DNA from: an uncultured Candidatus Saccharibacteria bacterium | GTDB taxonomy: Bacteria; Patescibacteriota; Minisyncoccia; Phycocordibacterales; UBA918 | Assembly (NCBI GenBank): GCA_964350645.1 | Contig: CAYGJY010000002.1 | Coordinates: forward strand, 97,538 to 161,537 | Length of the DNA stretch: 64,000 nucleotides | Reading direction: 5' to 3' | Shown here: piece by piece, positions 48,975 to 57,406 of the stretch | Layout: each line of letters opens with the position of its first letter | Numbering within the stretch: position 1 is the stretch's first letter | Position numbers and translations under genes: made by a program | The notes under the pieces: model-generated | What the model was told of the DNA's origin: nothing | Databases searched by the model: none | What the model saw: only the letters and a program-made list of their open reading frames with translations

Positions 48975-49781
48975 ATGAAAATCTACTCGTGGAACGTGAA
49001 TGGGATTCGGGCGGTGCAGAAGAAGGGTTTGTTTGAGCCGTTTATAGCTAAACATCAACCTGATGTGCTCTGTATTCAGGAAACCAAGGCGCAGCCAGAG
49101 CAGGTGGAGGAAGAAATGGCTGAATTATTCCCCGAATATGAGCAACATTGGCACTCAGCAGAGAAAAAAGGCTACTCTAGTACGGCGATTTTCACTAAAA
49201 TAGCCCCAGAAGACGTCATGGTTGGTCTACCAGAAGACGTGAAACAGGCCTATAAACTCGAGGATTCTTATGGGGATACCACGAAAGAAGGTCGGGTAAT
49301 GGTGGCTGAATACGAGCATTTTTATATTTCTACTGTCTATACACCTAATGCCAAAGATGATTTGAGTCGTATACCCATGCGTCAAGCCTGGGATCCGGCG
49401 TACTTGGAATACATGAAACAGCTCCAGAGTAAGAAACCGGTCATCTTCTGCGGCGACTTCAACGTGGCACACACGGAACTGGACCTTGCGAGACCAAAAG
49501 AGAACCGTGGGAAGAAGGGATTTACCGATGAAGAGCGAGCGGGCTTCGATGCCATGCTTGCAGCTGGGTTTGTGGACACACTTCGAGTGAAACATCCAGA
49601 CACACCGGATCTCTATACGTGGTGGAGCCACTGGGGTGGTGCGCGTGAGAGAAATGTTGGTTGGCGGATCGACTATGTGATGGTCAGCGAATCACTCCAG
49701 AGTGTTCTTACGGATGCAAAAATTCACCCAGAAGTACTAGGTAGTGATCACTGCCCTGTTTCGGTAGATTTGGCAATTTAA
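48975..49781 (+). CDS. xth: Exodeoxyribonuclease III (AP endonuclease)
   Basis: 268 aa; MKIYSWNVNGIRA..., QETK, ...DHCPV. Confidence 0.9.
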   Translation: MKIYSWNVNGIRAVQKKGLFEPFIAKHQPDVLCIQETKAQPEQVEEEMAELFPEYEQHWHSAEKKGYSSTAIFTKIAPEDVMVGLPEDVKQAYKLEDSYGDTTKEGRVMVAEYEHFYISTVYTPNAKDDLSRIPMRQAWDPAYLEYMKQLQSKKPVIFCGDFNVAHTELDLARPKENRGKKGFTDEERAGFDAMLAAGFVDTLRVKHPDTPDLYTWWSHWGGARERNVGWRIDYVMVSESLQSVLTDAKIHPEVLGSDHCPVSVDLAI

Positions 49782-49815
49782 ACAATCACACGAAAGCTAT
49801 TTATGTCAAGACATT

Positions 49816-49840
49816 AAAACGGCTCTACAGAGCCGTTTTA
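49816..49840. terminator. Terminator after xth
   Basis: aaaacggctct-ac-agagccgtttt. Confidence 0.6.
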
Positions 49841-49843
49841 ATG

Positions 49844-49861
49844 TGTCTTTTATAAAGGACA
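49844..49861. repeat. Copy 1 of 18 bp palindromic motif TGTCyTTTATAAAGGACA
   Basis: tgtcttttataaaggaca. Confidence 0.5.
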
Positions 49862-49895
49862 ATAACAAAAAGTTTTCCCCAGTTATACACACGTC

Positions 49896-49923
49896 TGTCC
49901 TTTACACTACCCTATAAAGGACA
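49896..49923. promoter_or_regulatory. Split copy of the palindromic motif (tgtccttta-N10-tataaaggaca) overlapping a consensus-like sigma70 promoter
   Basis: -35 TTTACA (49901..49906), 17 bp spacer, -10 TACTAT (49924..49929). The palindrome halves bracket the -35 and spacer, an operator-like arrangement. Confidence 0.45.
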
Positions 49924-49936
49924 TACTATATTGGTA

Positions 49937-50385
49937 GGCCCAGCAAGGGCGAGCACAGTACTCCAGAGTTTTGCCAAGAAGAACGTTCGAAGCAAAACTC
50001 TGGAGGAATGTCTTAAAGAGCACATTCAAAATAATAGAGGACGAAAGTCCTCACAGAGATAATACCTCCATCTCTAAAAGTTCATAACATTCCCACCTAA
50101 TTGACTCGACTTACCTATGAGTCGCGAAGAGGACCGAAGTGTAGAGCCTTCGATTCTCCTCACGACTCATAGATAAGAAGTTAAGTTAAAACTTATCTAA
50201 ACGAGTCACAAAAGAGTAAAAATAGCGGAATCCTCGTCAACAACCTTCCACAGTTGAAGACAAGAAAAGGAGACCACTGAGGCAATTGCCTCTCTACTCT
50301 ATATCAAAGACCTGTCGGGGTCTCGGCAGTTAATCACCTTCACCACTGATTGACTTCCAAGATCCCCGCGGGTCTTTTTTTATGG
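49937..50385 (+). ncRNA. Candidate novel structured ncRNA (about 450 nt) running from the promoter to an intrinsic terminator
   Basis: No ORF of 60 aa or more on the plus strand. Consecutive perfect hairpins: ccagagtttt/aaaactctgg (49955..49995), gaggac-GAAA-gtcctc, gagat/atctc, and ctatgagtcg...cgactcatag (50115..50171) with nested cgaag/cttcg. Ends at tccccgcgggtcttttttt (50362..50385). Confidence 0.35.
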
Positions 50386-50590
50386 AATTAAGAAGCAGCA
50401 AAGCTGCGACTATATTTCCATTATGCAAACACCCAGTAGTTTCGACCCTCATAGGGAGAAAATACGCGGTGTCTTGCCTAGTAGTTCAAACTTATCTAAA
50501 CTCTCTATACGCAGTGATCAAGCCATCAAAAGGCGAATACGCACTAGTGTCTTGCCAGGTAATCCGTATTTTTTATATTCAAGTTACATA

Positions 50591-50640
50591 CCCGCCTAAA
50601 AGGGCAGAAATACTTTGTATTTCTGCCCTTTTAGCGTCCA
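50591..50640. terminator. Bidirectional terminator at the cca 3' end
   Basis: aaaagggcagaaata-ctttg-tatttctgcccttttag, perfect 15 bp stem. Confidence 0.7.
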
Positions 50641-50649
50641 CATGATCGT

Positions 50650-52128
50650 TTAGCCTACCTTATGTTCCCATTCGATCGCTTTGATAGCGGCCGCTTCTTC
50701 TTCGGCTTGTTTAGCACGGCCTTTTTGTGCCAAAGCTTCAAGCTCTGAAATATCCATAGCTAGCAAGGCTTTTGTACGGTTATCCAGGTATTCTTCAGTG
50801 TTTTTCCCTGGGTCTTCCAACACCTCTTCCAACAGTGCATGCAGTAGATATCCTAGCTTTTTCCCCGGCTTTTCCCCATACTTATCCATAATTCTATCCC
50901 CATTGGTCTTTAAGAGCTTCACGGAGATTGGGTCACGCAGCGCCTGATCAACCATCGCCTTGTATTTGCGGAAGCGAAAGGGTTGTTCTTTTGGTCTCCC
51001 GGTCCCAATCCGGTCACAGACGCGTAAATTGAGTAAATCTTCAATGTTTTCTTCGCCAATGCGAACAATGGTACGCCGGACCGCTGAGAGGGTGATTTCG
51101 TCTGGGTCTGAAAAAAACATGTGCCAGCGTACCAGTTTTTCGACTTTTTCGCTCATTTCACGCGGCATTTTCAGGCGTTTCATGATTTTCCGGGCCATTT
51201 TGGCACCCACTACCTCATGACCAAAGAAGGTATAGCGTTTGTTTTTGCCGCCTTCCCTACGAGTGGCTGGTTTGCCGATGTCGTGCAACAAGGCGGCATA
51301 GCGCATCTCAAGTGAGAAATCTTTGTCAGCCGCTGCTTGGCAAGTACGTAACAAGTGTTCGAATACATCATACGCGTGAATGCCGCCTTGTTCGCAGCCT
51401 TTGCTTGGGAGAATTTCGGGCAGGACATATTCAAGCATCTCCAGGCGATCCAAGAAGGCAATACCTTGCATTGGGGCGGCTGAAGCCATAATCTTAGAGA
51501 ACTCCTCAGCGATTCGTTCGATCGATATATGGCCCAAACGTTCACTATTTTTAACAATAGAACTCATGGTTTCGGCATCAATGGCAAAGTTGAGCTCAGT
51601 AGCTAGCCTCACAGCACGCATCATGCGGAGGGCGTCTTCGCCAAAGCGTTCATCTGGTTCGCCGACAGTTTTAAGGCGTTTTTTCTTAATATCCTCTTGT
51701 CCAGTAAATAAATCAACTACTTTCTCATCTTTTAAACGAAAGGCGATGGCATTGACGGTAAAATCACGACGCTTGAGGTCTTCTTCTAATGAAACACCAA
51801 ACGAGACTGAATCTGGTCGGCGACTGTCTGAGTAGCCACTTTCGCTACGGTATGGAGTCACTTCCACCACTTTCAAACGTTCATCATCGGTTGCTTCGTT
51901 CACAACCCCGACAGTGCCATAGTCGTTATTGCAGAATGTTTCTTCTTCGGTCCATAGCGCTCGGATCTGTTCAGGGTGGGCGTTGGTGGTAAGGTCCCAG
52001 TCCTTCGGGGTTTTGCCTATTAAAAGATCGCGTACACAGCCACCCACTAAGTAGGCTTCAAAACCGGCTTTTTCTAAGGTGTCAGCTACCTGTTGAACTT
52101 CGACTGGAACGTCAGAGCGAGTAATCAT
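50650..52128 (-). CDS. cca: CCA-adding enzyme / tRNA nucleotidyltransferase with HD domain
   Basis: 492 aa; GGCVRDLLIGKTPKDWDLTT polymerase-beta head; HDIGK HD motif. Confidence 0.85.
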   Translation of the reverse strand: MITRSDVPVEVQQVADTLEKAGFEAYLVGGCVRDLLIGKTPKDWDLTTNAHPEQIRALWTEEETFCNNDYGTVGVVNEATDDERLKVVEVTPYRSESGYSDSRRPDSVSFGVSLEEDLKRRDFTVNAIAFRLKDEKVVDLFTGQEDIKKKRLKTVGEPDERFGEDALRMMRAVRLATELNFAIDAETMSSIVKNSERLGHISIERIAEEFSKIMASAAPMQGIAFLDRLEMLEYVLPEILPSKGCEQGGIHAYDVFEHLLRTCQAAADKDFSLEMRYAALLHDIGKPATRREGGKNKRYTFFGHEVVGAKMARKIMKRLKMPREMSEKVEKLVRWHMFFSDPDEITLSAVRRTIVRIGEENIEDLLNLRVCDRIGTGRPKEQPFRFRKYKAMVDQALRDPISVKLLKTNGDRIMDKYGEKPGKKLGYLLHALLEEVLEDPGKNTEEYLDNRTKALLAMDISELEALAQKGRAKQAEEEAAAIKAIEWEHKVG

Positions 52129-52300
52129 TGAGGTAATTGTATACCATCTAATCTATATTTACTTGCAGATTTATGCGATAAAAACATTGCGTTTTGTCTG
52201 ATTGCGACGTATAGTATTTGCCACTAGCGCTGTATGCAAAGCATACAGACGCTCGTTAGAAAAAAATATAAGTGCTAGCATTTCTATTATTTTCTCAATC

Positions 52301-52372
52301 GCGCCTGTAGTGAAATGGATATCACAACTGACTTCGGATCAGTTATTCTGGGTTCGAGTCCTGGCAGGCGCA
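52301..52372 (+). tRNA. tRNA-Arg (anticodon TCG)
   Basis: Manual fold: acceptor GCGCCTG/CAGGCGC, D-stem GTGA/TCAC, anticodon stem ACTGA/TCAGT with loop CTTCGGA, T-arm CTGGG-TTCGAGT-CCTGG, discriminator A; CCA not encoded. Confidence 0.7.
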
Positions 52373-52379
52373 CAGCCGC

Positions 52380-52418
52380 AAAAGCCCCAAATGAAGAAGT
52401 CTTTTGGGGCTTTTGTTA
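52380..52418 (+). terminator. Terminator after tRNA-Arg
   Basis: aaaagccccaaa-tgaagaagtc-ttttggggctttt. Confidence 0.6.
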
Positions 52419-52431
52419 TACTATTTCCATC

Positions 52432-52716
52432 ATGGAATTATCTGAACGATATTTACAGCAGTTAGAAAAAGAAGGCTTTGCCCGAGTCTATGACGATAGT
52501 GATGAACCCGGGACCGCCTATAAGCCGCATAGTCATCGAGGTAAGGTAACGCTGTGGCTGACTGACGGTGAGCTCGAGATAACTATCGCTGGTGAAACCA
52601 AGCATTATAAAGCTGGTGATCGAATCAATATCCCAGCGGGTGTAGAGCATAGTACCGTGGTGGGCAGTCAATCGCTTAACTATGTGGTCGCTGAGGAGAT
52701 TGTTGGTGATGCCTAG
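52432..52716 (+). CDS. Cupin-domain small protein
   Basis: About 95 aa from MELSERYLQQ...; cupin_2-like HSH...G...E...H pattern (PHSHRGKVTLWLTDGELEITIAGETKHYKAGDRINIPAGVEHS). The ORF track extends upstream across the tRNA. Confidence 0.55.
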   Translation: MELSERYLQQLEKEGFARVYDDSDEPGTAYKPHSHRGKVTLWLTDGELEITIAGETKHYKAGDRINIPAGVEHSTVVGSQSLNYVVAEEIVGDA

Positions 52717-52937
52717 TGGTATACTATCTGCATATGAAATCATATAAATCATTGGGCCTGGTCATGTTTTCACTGTTGGTGTTAATTGCAGCGATGCTGG
52801 GGCTATTGCTTATTCTTAAGGCTATCTCTTGGGCGGATGTGCTAGCTGCTACAGTGAGTATTTTTGCCGTCTTGGCACTCATCACTGCGGTGTCAGCAGC
52901 GTTTATTTTCATTAGTAAATCTTCCAAATCTGAGTAA
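52716..52937 (+). CDS. Small two-TM membrane protein (hypothetical)
   Basis: 73 aa, hydrophobic; possible later start at 52734. Confidence 0.3.
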   Translation: MVYYLHMKSYKSLGLVMFSLLVLIAAMLGLLLILKAISWADVLAATVSIFAVLALITAVSAAFIFISKSSKSE

Positions 52938-53041
52938 GCTCTGGTTGGGGTAATAAAAAGCTGGTCTGAGTGATTGGACTGGCTTTTTACATTGATAACT
53001 TTCATTCTGAACACTATTATAGTATATAATATACATACAAT

Positions 53042-53704
53042 ATGGTTCGAGATGAAGAAAAGTACCAGTTAGCAACGTATTATCGCAAACGCGGTTTTAC
53101 CTATGCTGAGATAGCTAAAATATGTAACGTATCTAAAGGAACCGTGAGTACCTGGTTGGCTAAAAAAGCTTTTTCTAAGAAAGTAAAAAAAGATAATCTT
53201 GTTCGTGCGGGTAAAGATAATGCTAAGCGGGTTAGCCTTCTCAATAAAGCACGCCAAACCGAACGCGCTGCCCGCTATAAAGAAGCAGAGCGATCAGCAG
53301 TGACAGAATACCGACACTATAAGAGTGACCCCTTTTTCATGGCGGCCTTGATGATTTACGACTTGTCAGGCGATACAAGAGATCTCTCGCGGATTCGTCT
53401 GACTTGTAAATCAATGTCAGCTCATCGCATTTTTATAAAGTTTCTACACCAATATCTTGGGGTAGAAAAAAATTTGGTTACGTGCTGGTTGATCATTCCG
53501 GCTAATGTGTCAGAGAAAACTGCATTATTTGCTTGGCAGAAGGTTACTAAGTTACCAGCCAGTCAGTTTGGTAAAACACAAATTTTGAAACAGACTGCCA
53601 ATACGTTGCACAATGGCACGGGAAATACTATAATCGGCAACACTGTTTTGAAGCGCAAGCTAGTAACATGGCTTGAATTAGCGACAAAAGAGCTCAGTAA
53701 ATAA
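53042..53704 (+). CDS. HTH-domain DNA-binding protein (hypothetical)
   Basis: 220 aa; N-terminal HTH YYRKRGFTYAEIAKICNVSKGTVSTWL; ends 2 bp before tRNA-Gly. Confidence 0.45.
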   Translation: MVRDEEKYQLATYYRKRGFTYAEIAKICNVSKGTVSTWLAKKAFSKKVKKDNLVRAGKDNAKRVSLLNKARQTERAARYKEAERSAVTEYRHYKSDPFFMAALMIYDLSGDTRDLSRIRLTCKSMSAHRIFIKFLHQYLGVEKNLVTCWLIIPANVSEKTALFAWQKVTKLPASQFGKTQILKQTANTLHNGTGNTIIGNTVLKRKLVTWLELATKELSK

Positions 53705-53706
53705 AC

Positions 53707-53777
53707 GCGGCCATGGTTAAGTGGTATAACGGGTCCTTGCCAAGGATCAGTCGGGGTTTCGATTACCCCTGGCCGCA
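53707..53777 (+). tRNA. tRNA-Gly (anticodon GCC)
   Basis: Manual fold: acceptor GCGGCCA/TGGCCGC, D-stem GTTA/TAAC, anticodon loop TTGCCAA, T-arm GGGGT-TTCGATT-ACCCC; terminator hairpin at 53788..53815. Confidence 0.7.
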
Positions 53778-53887
53778 CACATTGAAAAAGATCAGGATTT
53801 GTCCTGGTCTTTTTCATTTCTGGCCGGCAATCGAAAATTAAACATAATGTAACCATCTGTAAGTAGATCTGGTATTATGATACGACT

Positions 53888-55039
53888 ATGGCTCGAGTTG
53901 CAATTACGGAGTATGCCGCCAAAAAATTGATATTTGGTGATGATTATCACGGGCTGACAGTTACCCCGAACACCGCTGATGATCTTAAGGTACCAACCGG
54001 AAAATACATTGTAAAAATCGATGTTGGGATCAAAAAACGCGGAAAACAAGGCTTAGTTCGACTTAACGTAGCTGCAGAAGATGTGCCTTCAGCAGCTAAT
54101 GAGCTTTTTGCGCTTGGCTACGATCGTTGTGTCGTGGAGGTGATGGTGCCACATGAAACAGATGAGGAGCGATATCTTTCGCTTGATGTGCACCGGACTG
54201 GCTTGCAGTTGATCCACTCTGAAAAAGGCGGGGTTGAGATTGAGGCGGCGGCTGAAGCTGATATCAAGCGGACGCTCGTGGCTTTGCAGGAATTTTTGAG
54301 CGGCACACCGTCGATCTCGATCGACGGTGTGCCGCTCCCCTACTTACTCGAAAAAATGGCAGAGCATCATTTTTCTTTTTTAGAGATAAATCCCTACCTG
54401 GTTGTAGAAGACAAGCTGGTAGCGCTTGATATGGCGGTTGAGATTGATTCAACTAAAGAAAACAAGCTGCCAGCGTGGGTGCATGAACATATTTTGCATA
54501 AAAAAGCGGCGAGTGAACAAGAAGCGCGCGTACTCGAACAAGATGCGCGCACCCAAGCCGCCCTTAATTTACATACCCTTAATCCAAATGGTTCGATTTT
54601 AACGTTACTCTCTGGCGGTGGCGCGAGCTTAGTTGGGCTCGATTCTCTCGTCACTGCTGGTCTGCAAGATCAGGTGATCAATTACAGTGAGTATAGTGGC
54701 GCTCCAACCCGGGATGAAACCGCTGTATACGTTGCTACGTTACTTGAAGTACTTTTCAATTCTACCTCTAAAAATAAGGTTATTTTGGTCGCCGGCGGGG
54801 TCGCAAACTTTACCGATGTACTTGCGACCTTCCAGGGAATTGTCGATGCGTTTACTGACAATCTTGAACAATTACAGGCGCAAAACGTGTACGTCTGTGT
54901 CCGACGTGGTGGTCCAAATCAAGAGAATGGCCTGGCTCATCTACGCGACTGGCTTGATCAGCATGATATTCCTAATGATGTCCACGACCCTTCCCTCTCG
55001 CTCGGTGAAGTCGGTAATTTAGTAACAAAACATCTATGA
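53888..55039 (+). CDS. aclB: ATP-citrate lyase beta (small, ATP-grasp) subunit
   Basis: 383 aa; matches ACL/SucC-like N-terminal half of ACLY: YLEINPYLVV, LLSGGGASLV, NYSEYSGAP, VAGGVANFTDVLATFQGI, VRRGGPNQENGL. Confidence 0.8.
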   Translation: MARVAITEYAAKKLIFGDDYHGLTVTPNTADDLKVPTGKYIVKIDVGIKKRGKQGLVRLNVAAEDVPSAANELFALGYDRCVVEVMVPHETDEERYLSLDVHRTGLQLIHSEKGGVEIEAAAEADIKRTLVALQEFLSGTPSISIDGVPLPYLLEKMAEHHFSFLEINPYLVVEDKLVALDMAVEIDSTKENKLPAWVHEHILHKKAASEQEARVLEQDARTQAALNLHTLNPNGSILTLLSGGGASLVGLDSLVTAGLQDQVINYSEYSGAPTRDETAVYVATLLEVLFNSTSKNKVILVAGGVANFTDVLATFQGIVDAFTDNLEQLQAQNVYVCVRRGGPNQENGLAHLRDWLDQHDIPNDVHDPSLSLGEVGNLVTKHL

Positions 55040-56760
55040 TCAACGACATTCGCACTAGTGAGCCGAAGATTTTAGTAGCCGGTAATCACGTCAAGATCAT
55101 TCAATCGATGCTGGATTTTGACTACGCTGCAGGGAAAGAATCACCGAGTGTGGTGGGGATTATTTCGGCCGGCCGTAAAACTCAAAAGTTTTTCTGGGGC
55201 GATGGTGAGATCTTGGTGCCGGTAGTGCCCGACGTTGAGGCAGCAAAAAAGGCTTCATTTGAGCCAGATTTCCTGCTTTGTATCACTTCGGCTTCGAGTA
55301 CACCACGGATGGTCGAGGCATTTTTTGCTGCGTTCCCAGCAGCTGTCGGCGCCCATCTCTTCGCTGAAGGGGTGGCCGAGCGCGATGCGCTTCAGTTGAT
55401 CGAAGCGTATGGCGAAGAGAAGCTTATTCTCGGTGCTTCGGGGGTTGGTCTTTGTGTACCAGGCAGCCTTAAACTAGGCGCTATTGGCGGTATTCTGGGT
55501 CCACGACTGGCTGAACTAGGTCGAACTCGTGGTCACACGGCGGTGATTTGCAGTTCTGGTGGTATGGTCAACGAACTTATGTACCAGGTCGTTGCTGCCG
55601 GCAGTGGGATTAGTTTTGCGGCTTGTTACGGAGGCGACCGTTTCCCTGTCACTTCCCCGCTACAGTGGCTTACACAAGCTCAAAACGACCCGGAGACCAA
55701 AGATATTGTCTACTTTGGGGAATTGGGTGGTGACGATGAGTATACGCTTCGAGACGCCATTAAGGCTGGCAATATCACTAAGCCAGTCTATGCCTATATT
55801 GCTGGCCGCTACGAAAGTCAGGATGAAACAATCCAGTTTGGCCATGCTAAAGCCCTCGCTAAAGCAGAATCAGAGACAGCGGCGGCTAAAATGGCTGCTT
55901 TGGCTGCTGTCGGAGTGAACGTCAGCGATACATTTAATGATTTTATGGCTACGTTCGCCTCGCTTTCACGTGAAACTAGCGTTGGCGAGTCAGTTCGGGA
56001 CTGGAATGAACGCCCGGCTCATCTACAGCCGACTGTCTATTCTGCCCCGGCGTATACTGGCGCCCATGCGGCCAGCTTTACCGAAGGTATTTTGGCTCGC
56101 ATTCTCGGTCGCAGCAGTGTTTCACGGGAAACCGCTGACTTTGCTGACTTGATCTTTGCGCAGTTGATCGACCATGGACCACATGTGTCTGGAGCGGTAA
56201 ATACTATGATTACTACTCGAGCTGGCCGTGACCTAAGCTCGGCCCTGGCTACGGGTGTCCTGACAGTTGGTGATCGCTTTGGTGGCGCTATCAATGGTGC
56301 CGCTCAGATTTGGCACGATGCTGTTTCACGTGGCATCACTGCCGATGAGCTGGTGGCAGACTACAGCCAGCAGCGCCAGTATATTTTAGGCATTGGACAC
56401 CGAAAATACTCAGTGTATAAGCCAGATCCGCGCGTACAAGCCTTGATTGAGCATGGTAAAAATGTTCTACGTGAAACACCTCACCTTGATTTTGCCCTGT
56501 CAGTGGAGACAATCACCGCTAAAAAGCGCGCTAACCTGATTTTAAATGTAGATGGTGTTATTTCAGCTCTATTTACGGACTATTTGATTGCCAAAGAAGA
56601 CTTTACTGCTGAAGACATTGCTGAACTTATCGATATTGAGTTTTATAATGCTCTGTTCCTCATTCCTCGTTCGGTGGGGTTTGTCGGAAATTATCTCGAT
56701 CAAAAACGCATTGACGAAGGATTGTTTCGTTTGGGCGACAAAGATAGCTATAATTTTTAG
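55036..56760 (+). CDS. aclA: ATP-citrate lyase alpha (large) subunit: CoA-binding/phospho-His domain plus citrate-synthase-like domain
   Basis: 574 aa; catalytic-His loop ETIQFGHAKALAKAESETAAAKMAAL (cf. ACLY [25 protein letters not shown]); C-terminal LGIGHRKYSVYKPDPRVQAL (cf. GFGHRVKSINNPDMRVQIL). ATGA overlap with aclB. Confidence 0.8.
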   Translation: MINDIRTSEPKILVAGNHVKIIQSMLDFDYAAGKESPSVVGIISAGRKTQKFFWGDGEILVPVVPDVEAAKKASFEPDFLLCITSASSTPRMVEAFFAAFPAAVGAHLFAEGVAERDALQLIEAYGEEKLILGASGVGLCVPGSLKLGAIGGILGPRLAELGRTRGHTAVICSSGGMVNELMYQVVAAGSGISFAACYGGDRFPVTSPLQWLTQAQNDPETKDIVYFGELGGDDEYTLRDAIKAGNITKPVYAYIAGRYESQDETIQFGHAKALAKAESETAAAKMAALAAVGVNVSDTFNDFMATFASLSRETSVGESVRDWNERPAHLQPTVYSAPAYTGAHAASFTEGILARILGRSSVSRETADFADLIFAQLIDHGPHVSGAVNTMITTRAGRDLSSALATGVLTVGDRFGGAINGAAQIWHDAVSRGITADELVADYSQQRQYILGIGHRKYSVYKPDPRVQALIEHGKNVLRETPHLDFALSVETITAKKRANLILNVDGVISALFTDYLIAKEDFTAEDIAELIDIEFYNALFLIPRSVGFVGNYLDQKRIDEGLFRLGDKDSYNF

Positions 56761-56779
56761 TTCGGTACTAGCAATACTG

Positions 56780-56823
56780 CCACGTGAAATGGCCGGAAGC
56801 TTTGCTTCCGGCCATTTCACGTG
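56780..56823. terminator. Long perfect hairpin between convergent aclA and def. Its arms are parS half-site-like (CACGTGAAAT/ATTTCACGTG).
   Basis: ccacgtgaaatggccggaagc-ttt-gcttccggccatttcacgtgg. Confidence 0.6.
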
Positions 56824-56831
56824 TAACTCCC

Positions 56832-57353
56832 CTATTTCCCCCGCACGTGCTTAAGGTAGTATTCACGACTTACTAAACTCTGTGGATCAGCTAAGTCAGT
56901 AAAAAGAATTCCATTGAGGTGATTAACTTCATGTTGGATTACTCGAGCGAGCAAACCAGTAGCAGACATTTCACGTGAAACGCCTTTTTGGTCTAAATAT
57001 TTCAAAGTAATAGCAATGGATCGCTCAACTTTTCCAAATAAGCCAGGAATTGAGCCACATCCTTCCCAGTCAAGCGTTGTTTCACGTGAAAAGTCGGTAA
57101 TTTCTGGATTTATATACACCCGAAGTTCGTCAGTTATTCCCTTGCGAAACTTAGTTTCACGAATTTCTGTGACAATAATCTGCTTCGATACATTAAGCTG
57201 GGGCGCAGACAGTCCGATCAACTCTTCTCCTCGCATCGTATCAACAAGATCAGTAATGTAAGACTGAATTTTATCGGAATCTTGATTTGAAACTTCCTTA
57301 GCTGTTTCACGTAGAACCGCTTCACCAATTAGAACGCTAGGTTTAATAGACAT
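56832..57353 (-). CDS. def: Peptide deformylase
   Basis: 173 aa; GLSAPQ, EGCGSIPG, QHEVNHLNG (HExxH). Confidence 0.85.
   Translation of the reverse strand: MSIKPSVLIGEAVLRETAKEVSNQDSDKIQSYITDLVDTMRGEELIGLSAPQLNVSKQIIVTEIRETKFRKGITDELRVYINPEITDFSRETTLDWEGCGSIPGLFGKVERSIAITLKYLDQKGVSREMSATGLLARVIQHEVNHLNGILFTDLADPQSLVSREYYLKHVRGK
56967..56982. promoter_or_regulatory. parS-like site (13/16 to TGTTTCACGTGAAACA), inside def
   Basis: cattTCACGTGAAACg. Confidence 0.6.
57078..57093. promoter_or_regulatory. parS-like site (14/16), inside def
   Basis: TGTTTCACGTGAAAag. Confidence 0.65.
57303..57318. promoter_or_regulatory. parS-like site (13/16), inside the def 5' region
   Basis: TGTTTCACGTagAACc. 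Confidence 0.55.
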
Positions 57354-57406
57354 ATTCGGAGTATAACAAACTTTCTATCTTGATGTTTCCCGTGTAACAT
57401 AAGGAT

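Noticed and set aside
49937-50385. tmRNA, RNase P RNA or SRP RNA as identity of the structured intergenic transcript
   Set aside because: None of the expected elements were found on either strand. These are the tmRNA 5' GGGG/GGAUUCGAC and T-arm, the RNase P P4 strands (GGAAAGUCCGGGC / ACAGAACCCGG), and the SRP GGAAGCAGCC domain IV motif. gaggacGAAAgtcctc only superficially resembles P4.
50382-50645. 87 aa ORF at the end of the gene-free region
   Set aside because: It starts inside the ncRNA terminator, has no RBS, and ends in the cca terminator hairpin. Judged spurious.
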